The position numbers and the translations under genes are program-made. Under the pieces are notes generated by a model. That model saw nothing but the letters and a program-made list of their open reading frames with translations, was not told the origin of the DNA and did not search any database. Positions 47,831-57,205 of a stretch of DNA of 64,000 nt are shown here, in pieces (the stretch's first letter is position 1; every line of letters starts with the position of its first letter). Location of the stretch: positions 1 to 64,000 of the IMG/VR virus record IMGVR_UViG_3300032753_000007; one strand, 5' to 3'. The DNA is from a virus.

Positions 47831-48454
47831 ATGTTAATTAAGTTTGCAATTGAAAACGGCTATGCTATCATATTTTGGCTCTATGTAACATGGCACTCTA
47901 TTTTAATTATATATAACTTAGTAAGAAAAAAGAACACAGCTGTTAAAGTAGCAAAAGCATTAAATGAAGTATTAGAGAATAATCCTAGAATTGTTTTTAC
48001 TAAGCATGAAAGGAAGATACTAAAAGAAACAATGCCGTTAATGAATGATGTTTTGTTATTAAAAGTATTTTTTGAATTTCCTAGTATTAAATCATTAAGT
48101 GATAATAACTTAGTATCAGATAGAGTAATTAGTTTATATGAGTTAGGTAAAGATTGTAGCCCTAAAATACAAGAAGCTATTGTTTGGTTATTAATGTTAC
48201 AGACTAATATAAAATGTCATGAAGAATATTATCATAATAAAAAAATAGTCGTAAAAGAAGAAGTCTATAAAATACCTAAAACAAAAGTAGATTTATTGCA
48301 TCAGCTAAATGCTTTAAATGGAGAATGTAGTCGATTAAAAATATCTACCGATGCATTTACTGAAAAGGGCATTACATTTATGTATGGATTAGCAGTTGAA
48401 TTAAATCTATGCAGAACTCATGAAGGAAAACGTTTAAATTGGACAACGCATTAA
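47831..48454 (+). CDS. Hypothetical protein with N-terminal TM segment
   Basis: AGGTG RBS before ATG 47831; hydrophobic N-terminus. Confidence 0.55.
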   Translation: MLIKFAIENGYAIIFWLYVTWHSILIIYNLVRKKNTAVKVAKALNEVLENNPRIVFTKHERKILKETMPLMNDVLLLKVFFEFPSIKSLSDNNLVSDRVISLYELGKDCSPKIQEAIVWLLMLQTNIKCHEEYYHNKKIVVKEEVYKIPKTKVDLLHQLNALNGECSRLKISTDAFTEKGITFMYGLAVELNLCRTHEGKRLNWTTH

Positions 48455-48465
48455 CTGCATATAGC

Positions 48466-48499
48466 ATCACTACAGAGCCAATTATGGCTCTGTAGTGAT
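48466..48499. terminator. Bidirectional terminator between convergent genes
   Basis: atcactacagagcca-atta-tggctctgtagtgat. Confidence 0.8.
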
Positions 48500-48507
48500 T
48501 GTATATA

Positions 48508-50649
48508 TTAAAAATCTAATCGACCTTGTGCTGCTATACTCATTATGTTGCCTGGTAATGTATCATTGGCAAACCAACACAATAAGTTATTTACTGATAC
48601 ATAAGTATCAAAGTTTTGTTGTGCTCTTGCTCTTCTTAAACGCCATCTATTAGTAGGATAATATTGCTCTGCTAATCCTAAACTACCTAATACAGCCATA
48701 TAGTCAGTAAACATAGTATCTTCATCAAACATAGATGTCCAGCCTTGCAATACGTCTGATGTACTCAATTCAGATGTAATAGGGACATGCAGCATTTTAG
48801 ATAAGTTAATAATACTAATTGTTAAATCAATCCCTAAAGGCTGTTGCTGTATATTCCATCCTACGTTACCAGTGCCTCTACGAATGCTTAAATTACTCAC
48901 TATAGCGAGTTGATGTTGTACCCTACCCTTTTGCCATAGCTTTAAAAGAAAAGGCCCTGTCCAGCTATTTCTACCCGTTGTACGTGGCGCTGCGGCGGCT
49001 ATCCACATTGCAGTAGGTACTAATAAATCTTGTAAAATAGAAATGGGGTTTCCATAAGGCGTTCTTAATTTAATAGTATAGTCACTTGTTGGTAATGAGG
49101 TACTACAGCTATCCCAAAAATCAGGTATGTCAACAAAGGCTTTACCGCCTAACATAGCTAAACCACTAAAGCCAACTGATGCAGCTACACCAGACATAAT
49201 ACTACCAATTCCAGATATAGCTGTTTCTAAACTATTAGCAATGATATTATCAGCAATATTGCCATTTGCAATATTAAATAAACTGCTGCGTGCTGATCGA
49301 CTCGTCTCATTCATTTTAGATGCAATTTCAGATTCTTTAGTACTATTAGAGAATGATTCACCCGTACTCGCATCCCAATCTACAACAAAAGAAACAAATG
49401 CCTGCCCATAACCTAAGTCACCTTGTAATACTTCTGAATATTCAGCTAAATGTCGTGTTAAACCATTCCATAAATTAACGACTTCACCGCCCATAGTAGT
49501 AGTTGCTGTAGCTGCTTCATTAACTGATGTTTGTGCATCTTTTACAGTAGTATCAGGCTGTTGATCAGGTGTTGAATTATTATTACCAGAAACAAGATCG
49601 CTTAATTGATCCAATAGCCAATGGCCAGTCGCTGAAGCACTGTTTATATACGCATCAATTGTTTTAGCAAAATCAGGTTGATCTTGTATATCGCTTTCTT
49701 TTAATCCACCGCCATCTATATACGCTTTAATAGCAGCATTAGCAGATGCTGTATCTAATGAGTCTTCTCTAATTTTATTTATTATTTTTTGATGAGCATG
49801 TGTTAAACGATGGTATCTGTTAGCTACTTCTCTAATGTCTATGCCGCCATTATTGTTTAACCAAATATCAGGTAAAATAGTGCTGAGTGTTTTTATATCT
49901 GCAGCGGATTGTCCAAATGCAGCTGCATTCATAGTAGCCTTTTGTCCAGGTGTTTTAGATATATCGCCTGATGCTACGCCTTGTGCTAGTTTCATATTAA
50001 CGCTTAATGCATTAACAATAACTGTTACAGTAGACCAGTAAAGACTCATGGCGGGTTTCATGTAATAGAACTTACTCATAGGGCGCTGTTGTAAATCAGC
50101 AATCGCTTTTACTGCAGTACCATATAACACATTCATTAATGCTAATTCAGGTACAATATACCAGATCATAATGAAGCCAGTAAACTGAGCAATGGTTTTT
50201 AATAGATCGCCACCTACCTTACCACTGTTAGCCATGTTGCCGTGCATAGGATCGTAAAACGATGTAAAGAAATTAGTTAAACTATTATAAGCAGGTACGC
50301 CACATTGTATGGTAATCCGTGATGCATTTTGATCGACTGCTTCAGCATAATATCTACCCATACCCATACAAGCATTTTTAGCAGGACGTGTACTATTTTC
50401 TACACGTGCTATTAGCGATGGTAAATTAGGATCTGCATTTTCTGTATACTGATAGAGTGGGTTAATAGAGCGGTTTCCACCTAATGAGGTATCAGAATAG
50501 TTTAGCGTATTATAACTAAACTGCTTACTAGCTGCCATTTCTTTTGTGCGAATATTGTTATCTCTTGTAGCACCTCTACTAGGTACAAAGAATGCTTGCC
50601 TTATCCAACTTGCATCCGTTACATTTACTGTATTTGTATATAATGCCAT
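48508..50649 (-). CDS. Virion/baseplate structural protein (phiKZ gp182-like)
   Basis: 'DTSLGGNRSINP', 'GMGRYYAE', 'GVPAYNSL', 'LRTPYGNPIS', 'RGTGNVGW'; adjacent to the gp181 homologue. Confidence 0.7.
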   Translation of the reverse strand: MALYTNTVNVTDASWIRQAFFVPSRGATRDNNIRTKEMAASKQFSYNTLNYSDTSLGGNRSINPLYQYTENADPNLPSLIARVENSTRPAKNACMGMGRYYAEAVDQNASRITIQCGVPAYNSLTNFFTSFYDPMHGNMANSGKVGGDLLKTIAQFTGFIMIWYIVPELALMNVLYGTAVKAIADLQQRPMSKFYYMKPAMSLYWSTVTVIVNALSVNMKLAQGVASGDISKTPGQKATMNAAAFGQSAADIKTLSTILPDIWLNNNGGIDIREVANRYHRLTHAHQKIINKIREDSLDTASANAAIKAYIDGGGLKESDIQDQPDFAKTIDAYINSASATGHWLLDQLSDLVSGNNNSTPDQQPDTTVKDAQTSVNEAATATTTMGGEVVNLWNGLTRHLAEYSEVLQGDLGYGQAFVSFVVDWDASTGESFSNSTKESEIASKMNETSRSARSSLFNIANGNIADNIIANSLETAISGIGSIMSGVAASVGFSGLAMLGGKAFVDIPDFWDSCSTSLPTSDYTIKLRTPYGNPISILQDLLVPTAMWIAAAAPRTTGRNSWTGPFLLKLWQKGRVQHQLAIVSNLSIRRGTGNVGWNIQQQPLGIDLTISIINLSKMLHVPITSELSTSDVLQGWTSMFDEDTMFTDYMAVLGSLGLAEQYYPTNRWRLRRARAQQNFDTYVSVNNLLCWFANDTLPGNIMSIAAQGRLDF

Positions 50650-50670
50650 TAATTAAAATCCTGTAGTAAT

Positions 50671-50700
50671 TAGATAGCATAGCAATTGCTATGCTATCTA
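50671..50700. repeat. 30-bp perfect palindrome
   Basis: tagatagcatagcaattgctatgctatcta. Confidence 0.75.
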
Positions 50701-50706
50701 TAAAGG

Positions 50707-53700
50707 TTAATAGGTTCTACCACTACTAATAACAGGCGATAGTGTTTGTTTAGCAGATGATGCATTAGCTACAATAATATTTTGAGCAGGTGTATTTGCT
50801 GTTGACTTCATCGTAGTTAATATTTGAGCCAATAGATCATTAGTAGTAGACAATTTAGTAAGATGCTCATCATGTCTATTAGCTGAATCTTTATTAGCTT
50901 GTACTAATTTATCTTCAATAGGTTTAGTATTGAGTGCTGTTTGTGTAGTAACACTAGATAGCGTTGTTGCACTAGGTACAGGCGGCATATCGTTAGCTGT
51001 GCTTGTAGTTGTAGATTTAGATGCAGCTGCAATAGGCGATGTTACCGCATTAGCTGGCGTTACTGAGGTAGCAGGCGTAGGCATTACACTAGATGTAGGC
51101 ATTGGTGGCATGTCATTGCTTGCTAGTGATGGGCCATTTCCTTTAGTTGCAAATGCATCAGCAGGGGGTAAGCCACCTGTATTAATAGGCACATTTGTAT
51201 TAGCAATGGCATTACTACTAGACGATACTGCTACTTGATAGGCTTCATCTTCAGACATGCCTTTAGATAAGTTAGCTTTATATTGCGCTCTACTGACATT
51301 CATTGCAGTAATTACACGCTCAGCTGATACTGAAGCTACATTACCATGCCCGTGCTTACTTCTGCCTGTATTAGGGTCAGCTAAACTCGCCCATTCTTCA
51401 GCAGCAGCATTAGCAGCAGCAACTGGATTATCAGTTTTACCTTTAATATAGGCTGATATTTGAGGTCTTTTTTTATCTAATAAATATTTACTAAATAAGA
51501 GTTCTTGTGTTTTAGCATCAAACTTAGTTGTATCTGGATTTAATCCTAATTTCTTTATGCCGTCTATTAATGTTGGTGGAATCATTTGATACTTACCTAC
51601 AGCAAATAAACGACGCTCATCATTAGCAGATCTATTCATATCCGCTAGTATTTCAGATAATGTCATGCTCGTTAAATCACGATTACCTACTGGACCTAAA
51701 ATCTTATTACCAGAAGTACCACGATTATAAGCGTTATAGCCTTTACTGCCTGATTCAGCATTTTTAATTAAACCAGCTAATGAGTTAACTACCGGTTCAA
51801 CTAAATTAACTTTAGCCCAATCAATGCCTTTACCGGCTGCTGTTTTACCTAATGTGTAAAGCTCTTTAGCTTTATCACCTACTTTACCAGCAAAGTCTTT
51901 AATAGGATTTAATAAGTTTTCTTTACTCCAATCTACTGCTTGATCAAACATAGATTTCTTAGGTGTACCATCTGGATTAACGCCTTGCTGTCTATCTCTA
52001 TCATAGTTAGGTGGTAATACTGGTTTATCTTTATCTAGTTTAGTAACAGTAGGATGTAAATTAATTGCAGATACTTTCTTTAAGTTATCTGCTTTAGTAT
52101 CATTATTTCTATTAGCTTGATTCCTAAGTTGTTCTACTAATACGTCAATAGTACTTTTATTATCACTTAACGTTATATCATGCCAAGGACTATTTTGTAT
52201 GCCATAAGGATTCATACCTAAGTTAGCTTCAACAGAACCAAACTGTACTAAGTTAACAAACTTAATTATATCTTCTTTTTTTAATTCATCGTCAATATTG
52301 TCTACTTTACTTTTACCAAATTGCTGTAAGCTAGCTTTATGTTTAATATAAACAGGTAAAAACCGTTTATATAACCAGGTATTAAAGTTAGTCTTATCAG
52401 TCATGTTGTCATAAGTACAACCAAAATCTTTATAGTACTTTTCCCATACTTCTTTAGGCAATAAATCTATTTTAGGAATATTTTTAGTGAGTGTAATATG
52501 GGGTGTAAAATCAGATTCAAAATTACGCATATCTGCTACTGCTTGACTATTATCAATAGGTATACCATATTGTAAAAATCTTAATTTTTCTAAAGGCTCT
52601 AATGCTGTTCTATTCATTATATATTTAGTGCCTTTATATAAGCCATAGCCAGCAGCACCAACAATAATAGCCCAGCCTACTGGATTAGATAACAATAAAG
52701 CACTTTCACCTAACGCTGCGCCTGCCACGCCTAACTCACCAACAGTAGCTAGTCCAGCGCCACCTTCAGCAGCTGCAGTAGCAGCGCCTGCTGCAGTAGC
52801 AGCGGCTTCACCGCCAGCTAGTGCTCCAGCTCCAGCTACTCCTGCTGCACCTGCACCACCAATACCTAAAGCACCTAACGCTTTACCGCCCCAGCCTTTA
52901 GCATCTTTTACTAGATCACCTGCTTTACCAAATGCATCTAATATACTACCGCCAGTAGGAGTCACAATTGGTGCTGGTTTCTTATTAGTAGGTACACCCA
53001 TTTCACGTAATTTTTTAGCAGTTTCTTGTTTAGCTTTACGTTTTTTAATAATGTCTTGAAACCCACCTTCACGATTAGCTTCTTTTTCTTCACTATTTTC
53101 AGTAGGCCACTTAGTGCTAATATAGTTTTTAATATCTTTTAGTGTAGTATTAATGGTATCTAGTTTATTACTGATCTCATTAACGTTTTCATCTACTGAT
53201 TTAGTTTTCTTTCTATTTTTAAAGAAGCTGCTAATGCTGCCTACAGGATTTTTTAATACACCACCTAATTTACTAAACCAATTGCTAGCATCTTTTTTAT
53301 CAGGTTTTCGTTTACCCATAGCAGCAAATAATAAATTAGACATTACTTGAGTAGTGCCTGTAAAAGCACCCCAACTTAGTTTACCTAATGTACCTACTGC
53401 TCTAGCTGCACGCTTAGGTGCTTTCTTAGCAGACCACCATATTAGATTGCCTAATAGCTTTGCTGGGAGCAATGCGAGTTTAGCACTACCAATGCCTAAT
53501 TTAGCAGCTAATGGACCTAATACTTTAGCTACTGTCCAACCAACCTTAGCTAGTCTTTGTGCTCTTTCAGGGGCTTTCATTAGTTGTCTTTTTAAAAATC
53601 CACCACCTTTCCATAATGTTCTGCCTGTAAAGCCTAACATTGTTTTAAGCGGATTATAAGCAGCCATAGCTAAACTAAATGGTAGCTTTGCAAGTGTCCA

Positions 53701-56700
53701 AGGTATTTTTATTAATGCTCCGCCTTTATCTACTATAAAGCGGCTAATGCCAGATAAGCGTTTAAATGAATTACCAAATTTAATACCTAAATTTTTACGT
53801 ATACTAGGATCACCATCTGGAGAAGGGGCTGCATAGCCCGCTGATGGAATGGTAGCAATAATGGTTTGTAATAGTGTATTAGTGGATGTGCCTGTTTCTG
53901 TCAAAACAGTCATTAGATCTTTATGTTGATCTTTTAATTGTTTAGATAATGAAGTTAATTCATCAGGATTACTGCTATTGAATAAACCATTATGTTTTTG
54001 ATTATCATCATTATTCCATTTAGGTAAATTTAATTTAGGCAATTCTATTTTATTACCGTATTTATCATAGAGCTCAGTGGCATTTGTTTTTAATGCATTT
54101 ACGCCAGTACTCCATCTATTTTTAATGTTCTCTTTTATATCAGAGCCTTTTACTTTTTTTGCTTTATTTTTAATAAGCTCTTTTACTTTATTAACACTGC
54201 CATACTTTTCTTTAAGGTTATTAAACGTAGTTTCTCTGTTATCAAAAGCATGTGTTAATGCAGCATTAATTTGATTAGGTGTTAATCCTTTACTTGTTAA
54301 GTTTTCAAATAGTTTTGGATTTTTTTCTTTTATTAAAGTTTCTAAATTTTCTACTGTTGGTTTATCCGGTAATTGATCTTTATGTTTATCATAGAAACCA
54401 CGAATAGCAGTAGTAGCTGTATTAACTAGCTTATCTTTTCTTTCTAATAAATTAGTTTGTAAAGCTTTAGCATCAAAAGGCGTATGGATTACCTTATTAG
54501 CTTCTTCTAATTTAGTCTTTAATAAATCTTCTATTTCTTTTTTATTAAACCCACGTTTTTCTAATTCAGTAAATAGTTTACCACTTTGTGCAGTTAGTTG
54601 CTTACCGATTTCTTCAGGTTGTAATTGAGCGGGTATTAAATGTTTATGTTTATTATAGAAGGCTTTGCTTTGTTTACTTGCTTCAGTAATGTGTGGTGCA
54701 ACATGTTTTAATAAACCACTTTTAACATTTTCTATATTTTGAGATAATGGGATAGCTGTTAGTTTTCCTTTAGTATCTTGAATATAAGTTGATAGCCCTT
54801 TTATCCGCTTACTGCCAGCACTATATACGCTATTTAAATGTTTAGATAATTCACTTGGTGTGGAAGTATAATTAATAAATCCAGCACTAGGCATTAAATC
54901 AATCATGTTTTGTAGCAGGGCATTATTACTGCTGCTATGTGCTGCTAACGCCTTTAACATATCGCTATGATTAAAGCTCATTACATTAACTAATGTAGTA
55001 ATATTATCATTACTAAAATTAACATTAGTAGTAGGCGATATCCCCTCATTAATGTTAACTGTAGAGGATGTAGGCAATAATGAATTATTACTAGATAATG
55101 GTGTAGGGTGAATGGTTTTACCTGCCATTACTTTCATTCTGGCTTTAGGTGATTTATTTTGATCGCCATATAAAGCGTCAATTAAATCCCAACGATATTG
55201 TTGATTAACAGCACCTTCATTATTGATTAAATTACCTAATAACTCTTTAGTACCTGTTGCATTAGCTTCATTAAGTACGTCACCAAAATTACCCACGCCA
55301 TATCGCAAAGCATTATAATTTCTGCTAATGTCTTTTTTTAATGTAGCAGTTTCTATATCATTGCTTGATACAGTCTTTATTCCGTTTTCATTAAACTCTT
55401 CAGTAATTTTAAACTTTTCTATAAATAAATTAGCAATTTTATTACGAGATTCATATGAGAGTACAGCAGGTAAGTTATCAGGCGATGCATAGTCTATTGG
55501 GTCAAAGTTAACACCTTCAACCGCTGATTGTTTCATAAAGAAAATACCTAAATATTTTCTTTCATTGGCATTTAGTATATTTTTATCAGGATCAATTAAA
55601 TCAATGATATAATCAGCATTTGTTTTTAAATCAACACCGACTTCTTTTTTTAATAGCTCACTAACTCGTTTTTTAGCACTAGATAACGTAGTAAACTGTT
55701 CAGTACGTGTATCAAACGTCAATCGTTCTGCTATTTCACCATTGCCTGATGTGTAGTTATAGAGTTTAGTTTGTTGTTCTAATATACGAGAAAGATAGCC
55801 TGGAATAATCTCTATTAATGAGCGACGTGATATTAAATCCCATGATACTGTTTCTGTAGCATCACTCATTAAATTCTTATTAACAGATTCGCCTAATGTG
55901 CCATTATCGCCACCATTAAATAGCTCGCCTACTGAGCCTACTAATGACCCGTATTCTGCATGTTTAACTTTACGATTAATTATACCTGGTAGATCACCAA
56001 ACCAGCGTGCTAGATCTTGTCCTACTGCATTAGTTTTATTAATGGCGCTAGTGCCTCTTTCACCAAGCACATTTTCAACATGTTTTTTACCATTCTTTTT
56101 TATCCAACCTGCAAATAACTTTCCAAGACCTTCACGCGCTTCATCGCCTGCCATACCTGCTGCCATTTCAGCAGCAGATGGCATAAATTCATCCATGCCA
56201 TCTTCTTGAGGTAAATTAGAATTTATAGCACTAGCAAATTCACTAATTTGTGTTTTTAGATTATTTTTAATACGATTAGGCATATCACCTAATCGATTAC
56301 TAATACTCTTTTGTACACTACCAATGATGCGTCGTTTACTTTCATCTCTAAACTTTTCAGAATTAGTTACTTTAACTTCATTAGGTAATGCTGTATTTTT
56401 AACAACATCAGCTAATAATGTTAATGTTTTACTATTATGAGAAAGCGTATTTTCTAATATGTCTTGTGTAGCAAAATAATGGAGGTATTGTACTTCTAAT
56501 GACTTTTTATAATAAGTAGCTAATATCTTATCTTGAAAACCAACTATTCTTCCAATACCACTAACTATTTTATGCTGATACTCTATACCATGTTGAAATT
56601 TAGCTTTATCTAATTTAATGCTATTTAATTGAATAACATCATCGCGCTTTCTTTTTAACTTACCTTCAAGTTGTTGAGCACCAAAGATAGTTTCTAATGT

Positions 56701-57180
56701 ATCTTTTAATCCTGTTTCTCTTGTATTTGAAGACCGTCCATAATCGTATGAATCGGATTCTTTTCCTACATGAGACATGTCTTTTATTTTATTAGTCACT
56801 TTATTAGGTAAGAATTTACCTAATGTAGGGAGTGCTTTTTGTACTTTTTTATCAATAACATTTAGCGCAGGTGCAAGTTCTTTTCTTGCATCATCAAACA
56901 TGCTCTCTGCATCATATTTAAATGACATAATAGAGCTATAAGCGTCGCCGTAACTACCTGGTAATACATCTTTAATTAACTTACCTATAAAGCCAATGCC
57001 ATGCTCTTTTGGATTAAAACTGCTTTTTAATCCTGACGCTATATCGCTAATAGGTTTGCGATCTTTTTTAATATCAGGATCTGAATCATCAAAATCACCA
57101 AATTCAGATCCAAACTCTTTCATAAAGTCATCATAGTCATCATCTAAATCTAACTTTATATCATCATCTTTCTTTGCCAT
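50707..57180 (-). CDS. Tail tape-measure-like protein with C-terminal lysozyme domain (phiKZ gp181-like)
   Basis: 2157 aa; 'KNTALPNEVK', 'SLIEIIPGYLSRI'; lysozyme motifs 'AESGSKGYNAYN...AVGKYQMIPPTL...FDAKTQE...EWASL'; Gly/Ala hydrophobic stretch. Confidence 0.85.
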   Translation of the reverse strand: MAKKDDDIKLDLDDDYDDFMKEFGSEFGDFDDSDPDIKKDRKPISDIASGLKSSFNPKEHGIGFIGKLIKDVLPGSYGDAYSSIMSFKYDAESMFDDARKELAPALNVIDKKVQKALPTLGKFLPNKVTNKIKDMSHVGKESDSYDYGRSSNTRETGLKDTLETIFGAQQLEGKLKRKRDDVIQLNSIKLDKAKFQHGIEYQHKIVSGIGRIVGFQDKILATYYKKSLEVQYLHYFATQDILENTLSHNSKTLTLLADVVKNTALPNEVKVTNSEKFRDESKRRIIGSVQKSISNRLGDMPNRIKNNLKTQISEFASAINSNLPQEDGMDEFMPSAAEMAAGMAGDEAREGLGKLFAGWIKKNGKKHVENVLGERGTSAINKTNAVGQDLARWFGDLPGIINRKVKHAEYGSLVGSVGELFNGGDNGTLGESVNKNLMSDATETVSWDLISRRSLIEIIPGYLSRILEQQTKLYNYTSGNGEIAERLTFDTRTEQFTTLSSAKKRVSELLKKEVGVDLKTNADYIIDLIDPDKNILNANERKYLGIFFMKQSAVEGVNFDPIDYASPDNLPAVLSYESRNKIANLFIEKFKITEEFNENGIKTVSSNDIETATLKKDISRNYNALRYGVGNFGDVLNEANATGTKELLGNLINNEGAVNQQYRWDLIDALYGDQNKSPKARMKVMAGKTIHPTPLSSNNSLLPTSSTVNINEGISPTTNVNFSNDNITTLVNVMSFNHSDMLKALAAHSSSNNALLQNMIDLMPSAGFINYTSTPSELSKHLNSVYSAGSKRIKGLSTYIQDTKGKLTAIPLSQNIENVKSGLLKHVAPHITEASKQSKAFYNKHKHLIPAQLQPEEIGKQLTAQSGKLFTELEKRGFNKKEIEDLLKTKLEEANKVIHTPFDAKALQTNLLERKDKLVNTATTAIRGFYDKHKDQLPDKPTVENLETLIKEKNPKLFENLTSKGLTPNQINAALTHAFDNRETTFNNLKEKYGSVNKVKELIKNKAKKVKGSDIKENIKNRWSTGVNALKTNATELYDKYGNKIELPKLNLPKWNNDDNQKHNGLFNSSNPDELTSLSKQLKDQHKDLMTVLTETGTSTNTLLQTIIATIPSAGYAAPSPDGDPSIRKNLGIKFGNSFKRLSGISRFIVDKGGALIKIPWTLAKLPFSLAMAAYNPLKTMLGFTGRTLWKGGGFLKRQLMKAPERAQRLAKVGWTVAKVLGPLAAKLGIGSAKLALLPAKLLGNLIWWSAKKAPKRAARAVGTLGKLSWGAFTGTTQVMSNLLFAAMGKRKPDKKDASNWFSKLGGVLKNPVGSISSFFKNRKKTKSVDENVNEISNKLDTINTTLKDIKNYISTKWPTENSEEKEANREGGFQDIIKKRKAKQETAKKLREMGVPTNKKPAPIVTPTGGSILDAFGKAGDLVKDAKGWGGKALGALGIGGAGAAGVAGAGALAGGEAAATAAGAATAAAEGGAGLATVGELGVAGAALGESALLLSNPVGWAIIVGAAGYGLYKGTKYIMNRTALEPLEKLRFLQYGIPIDNSQAVADMRNFESDFTPHITLTKNIPKIDLLPKEVWEKYYKDFGCTYDNMTDKTNFNTWLYKRFLPVYIKHKASLQQFGKSKVDNIDDELKKEDIIKFVNLVQFGSVEANLGMNPYGIQNSPWHDITLSDNKSTIDVLVEQLRNQANRNNDTKADNLKKVSAINLHPTVTKLDKDKPVLPPNYDRDRQQGVNPDGTPKKSMFDQAVDWSKENLLNPIKDFAGKVGDKAKELYTLGKTAAGKGIDWAKVNLVEPVVNSLAGLIKNAESGSKGYNAYNRGTSGNKILGPVGNRDLTSMTLSEILADMNRSANDERRLFAVGKYQMIPPTLIDGIKKLGLNPDTTKFDAKTQELLFSKYLLDKKRPQISAYIKGKTDNPVAAANAAAEEWASLADPNTGRSKHGHGNVASVSAERVITAMNVSRAQYKANLSKGMSEDEAYQVAVSSSSNAIANTNVPINTGGLPPADAFATKGNGPSLASNDMPPMPTSSVMPTPATSVTPANAVTSPIAAASKSTTTSTANDMPPVPSATTLSSVTTQTALNTKPIEDKLVQANKDSANRHDEHLTKLSTTNDLLAQILTTMKSTANTPAQNIIVANASSAKQTLSPVISSGRTY

Positions 57181-57205
57181 TTTTTATACCTATAAAAAGG
57201 ACATC

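Noticed and set aside
49127-56209. Plus-strand ORFs within the gp182/gp181-like genes
   Set aside because: Antisense shadows with low-complexity translations.
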